Of a stretch of 64,000 nucleotides of DNA, positions 56,463 through 64,000 are shown in pieces. Below the pieces are notes generated by a model. The model had not been told where the DNA came from. It searched no databases and saw nothing but the letters and a program-made list of their open reading frames with translations. The DNA is taken from NCBI GenBank assembly GCA_012295275.1, contig CM022677.1, forward strand, positions 13,516,001 through 13,580,000, given 5' to 3'. The stretch is from Chrysomallon squamiferum. Taxonomy: Eukaryota; Animalia; Mollusca. The translations under genes were made by a program, and so were the position numbers. Position 1 is the first letter of the stretch, and the number at the start of each line of letters is the position of its first letter.

Positions 56463-59008
56463 ACAAATCTAAATTAACCATCAACACTAAGTGTTTGGTT
56501 GTTAAGTTTTGCATCATTCAGATAAAAAGCTGTCATCTTGGATGATTGAAAACATGAAACAAAAACTGAATACATGATTAAGTGATCCCAGTTTGTAATA
56601 AAAATAAATAAACTCAATAATAATGATAATATAAATAATAATAGTTTGCAATGTGTAGAATCTACCGAAGCAGAAAATAATTTAATGTCAGTGATTAAAA
56701 TAAGCATAGTGTGTACAAAAATAATATTGATCTAATTAATTCTGATTGGCTGATCTCTCTCTGAAGATTGGTTGGTTAGTCATTCTGTGGTTTCATTGGT
56801 TAATCAGGCTGAGTTCTGATTGACTAGTTAGTGACACACCCACCTGATTGCTCAGTGAGATAAGAATTTTCTGTGACTGCAGTACACAAATCTTTTGACA
56901 AACATCACTCATATTACACTGACTTTAAATTAAAATTAATAAGAAAATAAATAAATAATAGATAGATAGATACGTACATCAAACAGATAGACAGAAGATA
57001 GGCAGAAATATTTATGAATACAGAAATACAGACAAACAGAAAAGCAGAGATAGAAATAAAATAAATAAATAGGGAGGTAGGCAGAAAGAGAAACAGATAG
57101 ACTAAGACATATTTACAGACTTAAATTACCTGAATATTTTTTAAAGATTTTTGAAGTCGACTAAGTGATTGAGTTGTAAAGCTTGTGGCAGTTTAAGCTT
57201 GGTCTGGCTGCTTTCAACAACAAAAAAATAAAAAATATAAAGATTAGTCAGTCGAATCACATGATCAAACTGTTTCTGTTCTCTTTCTGTCTTAGACATT
57301 ATTTTTACTGAATACCTCTGGCAATGGATAGTGGTGTTTCTGGTTTCTTTTCTAGTGTGTCTGGTTTCTTTTCTAGTGTGGTGGTGTCAGTTTGTCTTGG
57401 GTCTAATTGTGGTACTGGTGTTGTTGTTGCCAACTGCTGTTTCCTTTTCAATGATGTGAAACCTATGTGATTTCTGTGGAAAAAAAAAAAAAATTGAAAC
57501 AAAATTATATATATAAACAGAGGGCTGACCTTGAAATTAAGAGAAAACATTAATTGAATATAAATACAAATATTCATCCAAATCATAAGTAACTATTTAA
57601 AAGATACTAATAGTAACAAACAAGTTATCAGAATAATACTGGTTCTAAACAATTCACTAATAATAATAATTTTCAGAAAACAAAATATATTGACAATACA
57701 AGTTTACAACTTCATTATTGTTTGGGTTTGTTTGGCAAACACTAGAAATACGACATCATCAATGGAAACAGGTTTTGAATTAGGAAGACAGAACATCTAC
57801 ACTAGTAACAAAAATATTAATTCTCTGAGATATTTCTAGGTAACTTGTTTTATTAAAACATTAAAAAAAAGTCTGCTCCCCACTGAATTAAAAGAAACAT
57901 GAAGAAGAAATAAAATAATAAAAACATTATAATTAGCTTGTAAAAAAAAGTAATAATTACAATAATAATAATAATAAATAAATAAATAATAACATAAAAT
58001 AATCTGAATTATTAGAATGTAGAAAAATAACTAGAAAGATGAAGATGCAGTTAAGAGATTGAAAATATTAATACTATAAATCAATAAACAAACAAATAAA
58101 TAAATAAATACATAAATCAAAATTGAAATTAAAATTATAATAATATAAATACATACACATACATAATAATAAAAGAAAATAATTCTAATTCTTCAAATAA
58201 AATGAGCAGGAGAACAAAATTAAAATATTAAAAGAAAGACAACTGAAGAACTAAACAAAATAATTTAAGTAATGTCAGGAAAAAATAAGCAGAAACTAGG
58301 AAATGAAGAATAAGAAACAAAAAAGAATGAAAAATAAAAGAAAATAAGAATGTCAGTAACTTCAAAAAAATCCCAAAAGCATAATAATAAAAACAAAATA
58401 ATAAATAAACAATAAAATTCATTCAAATAAAAATTAAGAATTTAAAATATAAACAAAAAGAAAGAATAATAAGAACTATGTACCTAAACTCAGAGACTGA
58501 AAAATATTAAGTAAATTGTATATTACAAAAATCTTGATTATCATTAAAATAACTGAAAATAAATACAGACAAGAAGAACAGACAAGAAGGAAAAGAAGAT
58601 TTTGAAGAAATTCTAATGTAGAAACATAACAAGAAACAATAATCATGGTGAATAGATTAAAAAATAAACAATAACTTTAAAGAAAATAAAAAATGAAAAG
58701 AAATAAAAACAAATGAAGAAATGTGAATATCACAGGAATAAGAAGAAACTAGAAGAATAAAACATAAGAAGACAGAAGAATTCAGATAGTATATGTATAT
58801 ATCCACACACACAGATATATTTAAAATAAATAAAACAAATAAATTAAATAAAAAAATTATAGAAAAAGATAGAAAAATTATAAAATGTTATAAAATAAAA
58901 TATTACTGAAATAGCAATTAGATAAAGAAATAATACAAATTACAGAGTCCAAATGAAAAGATTTTGAAATAAAAAAGAAAGCTAAATTAAATGTTAATGA
59001 TGATTATG

Positions 59009-59075
<67 letters not shown>

Positions 59076-59378
59076 TCAATATGAAATTTAAATAGCAATA
59101 ATCATAATCATAATCATAAAATTAATTATTATTATAAATTATTAGAATATTTCTTTTACTGAAATACTGATGAGGTAATCTGCGTAACTAGTTTTTCAAC
59201 TTAAACTTATTTTTATCCAAATGCGTGCATAATAAACTAAAATTATAATTCGGTAAAAGATTAATGTATTAACTTTTCTAATTGGCAATATTCACCGTGT
59301 CAACATTTAGAAAACAACATTTAGGTATAGTTTGCACCCATTAAATTATGGATGCATTTTTTCCTGTTGGACCATGCT

Positions 59379-59555
59379 AAGAATTCAATTAACGTCATTA
59401 TGAGTAGATAAAATAAATAAACTTGGATAGAAGTTGGCTTCTACATTTTACTTTCAATCAAGAATTCATTTAACGTCATTATGAGTAGATAAAATATATA
59501 AACTTAGATACTATACCATTGTATAGAAGTTGGCTTCTACATTTTACTTTCCATC
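59379..59555 (+). repeat. Tandem duplication of about 80 bp
   Basis: aagaattca.ttaacgtcattatgagtagataaaata...atagaagttggcttctacattttactttc occurs twice; the second copy has a short insertion. Confidence 0.9.
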
Positions 59556-60299
59556 CAAAGACAACTATTTCTGGTTAATCTTATTATTTTTCAAGTTACA
59601 AACTTGTTTAGCTACCTCGTATCTTAGCGGGATTGTCGTTGTTCTTATTTAGAGTTACTTCCCCTAGACCCTCAATCAAAGAATTTCAGTATTTCGACGT
59701 CAAATTATTTTGCAGTATATCTGACAAACAAAACCAATAAAAGTGTGCCTTCATTCTTTTATTTGCTTCATTTTAATTTGTTGAAATTAATGTTGATTAG
59801 TGTATATGGCTATAATGTACAAAATAAAAAAAATAAAAATAAAAAATAAAAAAATAAAAACATTACCTCAATTTGTCCTTAAATTGTTATTTCAGTCGGG
59901 CAGAATCATTTTCTGTTTTCACTAATTAAATTGTATTTCACGACTTGCATGTAATTATGTAATCAGTATGAGTCTTAATAAAACGTAAGTACAGGGTTTC
60001 AAGTTATGAACATGTAATTCTATATCTATACATATATATATATATATTTATATATATTTATTGAAATACATAATTAGTGTTATGAAATAATAAATGCGCA
60101 AGCTCTTGCTGTTTAACCTAATTATTGAGTCTCTTCGGTGGCTGAGTAAACTTTTCATGTTCCACTCGCTTACCGACGCATGGTTATCAGATACGATGCA
60201 GTGTACCTACGTGTTTGTCATATAAAAGTTCACTTAATTCTCACAATTTTTATTTTTATTTTTATTAACTATTATTCATACTTCTCATTATTCTTTAAC

Positions 60300-61370
60300 C
60301 CTTTTTACTAATTATTCCTCAAAATTTCTCAGCGGGCGCATCACCTATTAAAATATATTGTTGTAATTTCTATTAATGTCGCCGCCATAACCGTCGTAAC
60401 AGCGTTATTCTCAACGTTCTTAGTGTGCTCCTCCTTATTATTTTCCTTTTATTTAACTATTTCTCACACTTTCTTAGTGTCCACAGCCCACGTTAAAAAA
60501 ATATTAATACAATTTCTATTAATGACGCCGTCGTTGACGTCGTACCTGCATTGTTAACATCTTGGTGAACTCCTCATTATTCTTTTTTCGCTTTATACTC
60601 TTATTTTCTGAGCCTGTGTTTCCTGTATTTAAATATATTATTATCACCTCTATTAATGTCACCGTCGTTGCCGTCGTAAACTGGTTATTCCTAAAGATTT
60701 TGTTATTTTTCATTATTCTCTTACTCTTCTTATTAGCTGTTATTCTTACCATCTTAGTGCGCATATCATATATTAGAATATATTCTCGATATTCTTTAGT
60801 GCTTTTCACTAATTATTCCTCGTACTTTCTGAGCAGGCGCATCACCTATTAAAATATATTGTTGTAATTTCTATTAATGTCGCCGTCGTTCCCATGGTAC
60901 GGGTGTTGGAGTACTTCTCATTATTCCTTTTCGTTGTTTATTCGCTGTTATTCTTATTCTCTCACTGTGCCCGTCCTATATTAAAATATGTTATTGTTAT
61001 CTCTATTAATACACCATCATTACCTTCGTTACGGCGGTGTCCTGTAGTAAAATATATTGTTAATATTTAAAAATACATTGTTCGTGTTCAAATCCTTTTC
61101 TACAGTGTATTATTACCATTTCTATTACCATCGTTGCCGTCGTAGAGGCCTTCTCGTTATTCTTTAGCGCTTTTTATGAATCATTCCTCATACTTTCTGA
61201 GCTTTCAACGTTCTGGATGTCCTTAACCTTATTATTTTGTCTTTTATTAAGTATTGCAATTAGTGTTCACATCCTACATTAAAAATATCATTACTCTTTC
61301 TATTAATGAGGTCGTCATTGCCGTCGTTCCAGCATTGTTCTTAGCGTCTTGATGTACACCTGATTATTGC
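60300..61370 (+). repeat. Degenerate about 135-145 bp satellite array (core ttctattaatgtcgccgtcgttgccgtcgta)
   Basis: Core at about 60370, 60516, 60651, 60871, 61003, 61121 and 61300. 60308-60385 and 60808-60885 are near-identical (about 500 bp higher-order period). Confidence 0.85.
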
Positions 61371-63159
61371 GTGGATGGGGAAATGGATCATTGAAAAGAA
61401 GTTGCTGCAAGGTAAGATTAATGTTCAGCAGACGCAGAGACACACACAGATACTTGACTCAGCGTCATGAAAATACCACTTGCAGTTTTAACGCAGCCAT
61501 CACTATCTGTATTAGATGTTATTAGTTTCTCAACAGAGGTGTAGCGGTAATATTAACACATTGTTTTAGAAATTACAGCGTATGTTGTTTTTTAATTAAC
61601 AATATTAATTAACAATATTGAAAAAGAACAGTATATATATATATTTGAAAATAACTTGAGAGGCAGGTACGAAACGTCCATTTTAGTAAAAGTAATTTGA
61701 TAATTTTACTAATTCTTAATCGTACACTAATAACATGTAATTTTTCTTTACGTCGAACTTAAATGCTATATATACAAAATATTCATAATTACAGATAATC
61801 TGTTAGATATTACTGAAAGTCATAAATGATAATTTTACATGGCATAATGAAAATAAACGGCTTAATTATCTGTAAAAAGAAAAACGTGAGAATTAATTGC
61901 TGGTTGAGCGGTGATTTTTACAGTTAAATATCTTAAGCGATGTTAATGTCAGATATTGTTAATATCGTACAGGTTACATTTAAACATCTCAGAGTTATTT
62001 CCCTGGAATCACGACAGTTCGTAGTGATTAGCTGAGAACAAACAAGGTTAACTTGTTGTTTTATTATGATAACTGCGAATTTTTCGCTATTTTTTTCTCA
62101 TTACATTCAAGGTGTATAGTGTAATATACTTTATATTTCTTATTATACCTGAAGATCTCTTATTACATTAGATATTAGTATAACCGCTCCACCAGTAATT
62201 ATCAATATAACAAGTATTATATTTGTCAACAATAGAAGAATCACAACAATAATAACACCATAATATCGCGCCTTCTCACTTCTTTATTATTATTTTTGAT
62301 TTTTCTGACGCTATTCTCTTAGTTTCATTAGAACTGTTCTGAGAGTGGATATAAAAATGGCTTCTTATTTTTTATTGTAATAAAATCTTTTTAAAATTAA
62401 TCTGAAACAGATATATTTTTAATTACATAATTTGATAAATAACCTCTGAATTTTAGGTAAATCATGTAATTTCATGTAGAGAGAGAGAGATGTATATTAT
62501 GTCGCGGAATCTCCTGTTACTATGGTGATACAAATAAAATATCACATATTGTCAGTAATATCAATACAATAGAAATTACAATCTTCATCTAGCATATCAC
62601 GCTCTTCGGTATAGTCCTGTTTCTGTTAATAAAAAAATTACTTAATATGAAAGACCATCATTTTTCAGTACAATGAGAACGACATTAATTTGTGGGGGGG
62701 GGGAATATATAAGAACATATTCGTATTTAGATGTGGAGCGAAGATGTTACGCTTCTGTTTTACGTTAATTTCACAAAATCATTCATAACTTTAATGTCGT
62801 TTATAATAAAATATTCCATAAGACAGAGAATTCTTTTTGAATTCATAACAAACATCAAAAAATGTCTATGAATCTCAGTTTTGTCGTATAAACAGCCGTG
62901 ATGTTAGTTGAAGGAGTTTTTCTTTCTTTATTTATTTATTTATTTATTTATTTTGTCGTATAAACGGCCGTGATTTATTTTATTTTTTCGTTTAGTAATC
63001 GTTCTGGACACGTAAAAAAAAAAAAAAGCTATGTGAGAAGTAAATATATGCATTTAGTCATCAAACACTCACTAAAATATTACCCAAGCCACGCTGAATC
63101 ACATACATGTATGTAACAGAAAAATAAGTAATACTCAGATGAAACTATATAAAGAGAGA

Positions 63160-63310
63160 GTTACCAGCTTTTGATGATGAATATCAGCAGACAGTCATAA
63201 AAGGAAGTTATTATCTGAAACATTTTAACACTATAAAAGTAAGAATAACAGTTACTGAAAAAGACAACATAACTAGGAGTACAACGCAGCACGACTCCAA
63301 TGATGGCGAC

Positions 63311-63360
<50 letters not shown>

Positions 63361-64000
63361 TGGGTGAACACACTACGAAAGTAAGAACAATAGTTAATAA
63401 AAAGGCAACATAATAACGAGAAGTAGTTCAAAATTGTAGACAATGCAGACACGACAGCAACCTCGGCGACATTAACAAAATTAATAATAATATATTTTAA
63501 TGTGGGATGCACACACTAACAAAGTGAGGATAACACTTAATAAAAAGCGGAACAGAATAATTAAAACTACTCCAAAAGCGCGAAGAACAACTCCTACACG
63601 ACGCCAGCTACGGCGACTATAATAAAATATGAAAGTTTAACAACGTTATTAACATGCGCAACAGGATAAAGAGAAGGAAACCAAAAACGTTAAGAACAAT
63701 GCAGCCACGGCGACAGTGACATCGTCATTAACAGAACAATGAAAAGACAGCACAATAATTAAACTAATAACGTTAAGAACAACTCAGGTACGACGGCAAC
63801 GACGTCGACATGAAAACAAATAGCAATACTATATTTTGAAATAGGATCTACACACTAAGAAATTAAGGACAGAAGTTAATAAAAACCTCAAAAGAATAAT
63901 GATAAAGACAAGAATACCGTGCAGGACAACGCAGACACGACGCCAACTTTGGCGACAGCAATAGTAATAATAATAATATTTTTCATATAGGGTGCGCACA
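63160..64000 (-). repeat. Same satellite in inverted orientation, running off the window end
   Basis: The reverse-complement core acgacggcaacgacggcgacattaa recurs at about 63300, 63460, 63605, 63710, 63795 and 63945. Confidence 0.85.

Larger units (their letters stand above)
53275..57473 (-). pseudogene. Copy C of the duplicated gene segment, with additional upstream exon-like blocks
   Basis: 53800-54660 is colinear with 1040-1620 and 38850-39640. Further AG/GT-bounded blocks at about 53275-53377, 53638-53729, 55130-55215, 56067-56183, 56844-56922 and 57309-57473, several containing stops. Confidence 0.6.

Overview
AT-rich, microsatellite-dense animal (metazoan) genomic DNA with one 200-N assembly gap. 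It is not prokaryotic; a mollusc or cephalopod origin is compatible with the repeat landscape but cannot be established from the sequence. The only clearly intact CDS is a single-coding-exon TOPORS/ICP0-type RING (C3HC4) protein with basic 38-aa tandem repeats (24352-25260, -). The rest is largely a field of duplicated, decayed genes. These are an intronless prolyl 4-hydroxylase alpha retro-pseudogene (15685-17159, -), an intron-containing, internally deleted MCC pseudogene (9694-12975, -), and at least four partial copies of an IRAG/MRVI1/LRMP-family gene segment (about 0.15-1.5, 7.0-7.4, 35.4-39.4 and 53.3-57.5 kb, all -). Mobile DNA includes three decayed Ty3/Gypsy elements, an LTR flanked by both its PPT and its PBS, a TA-flanked pogo/Tigger-like MITE and MULE transposase fragments. 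There are also several fold-back palindromes and minisatellites. The most notable observations are a 63-69 bp minisatellite that appears to derive from the Gypsy integrase Zn-binding coding region, the permuted PPT-LTR-PBS structure, a readable chronology of the segmental duplications, and inverted satellite arrays at the right end. I found no convincing new multi-gene functional system. All homology calls come from manual translation and recalled family motifs, not from database searches.
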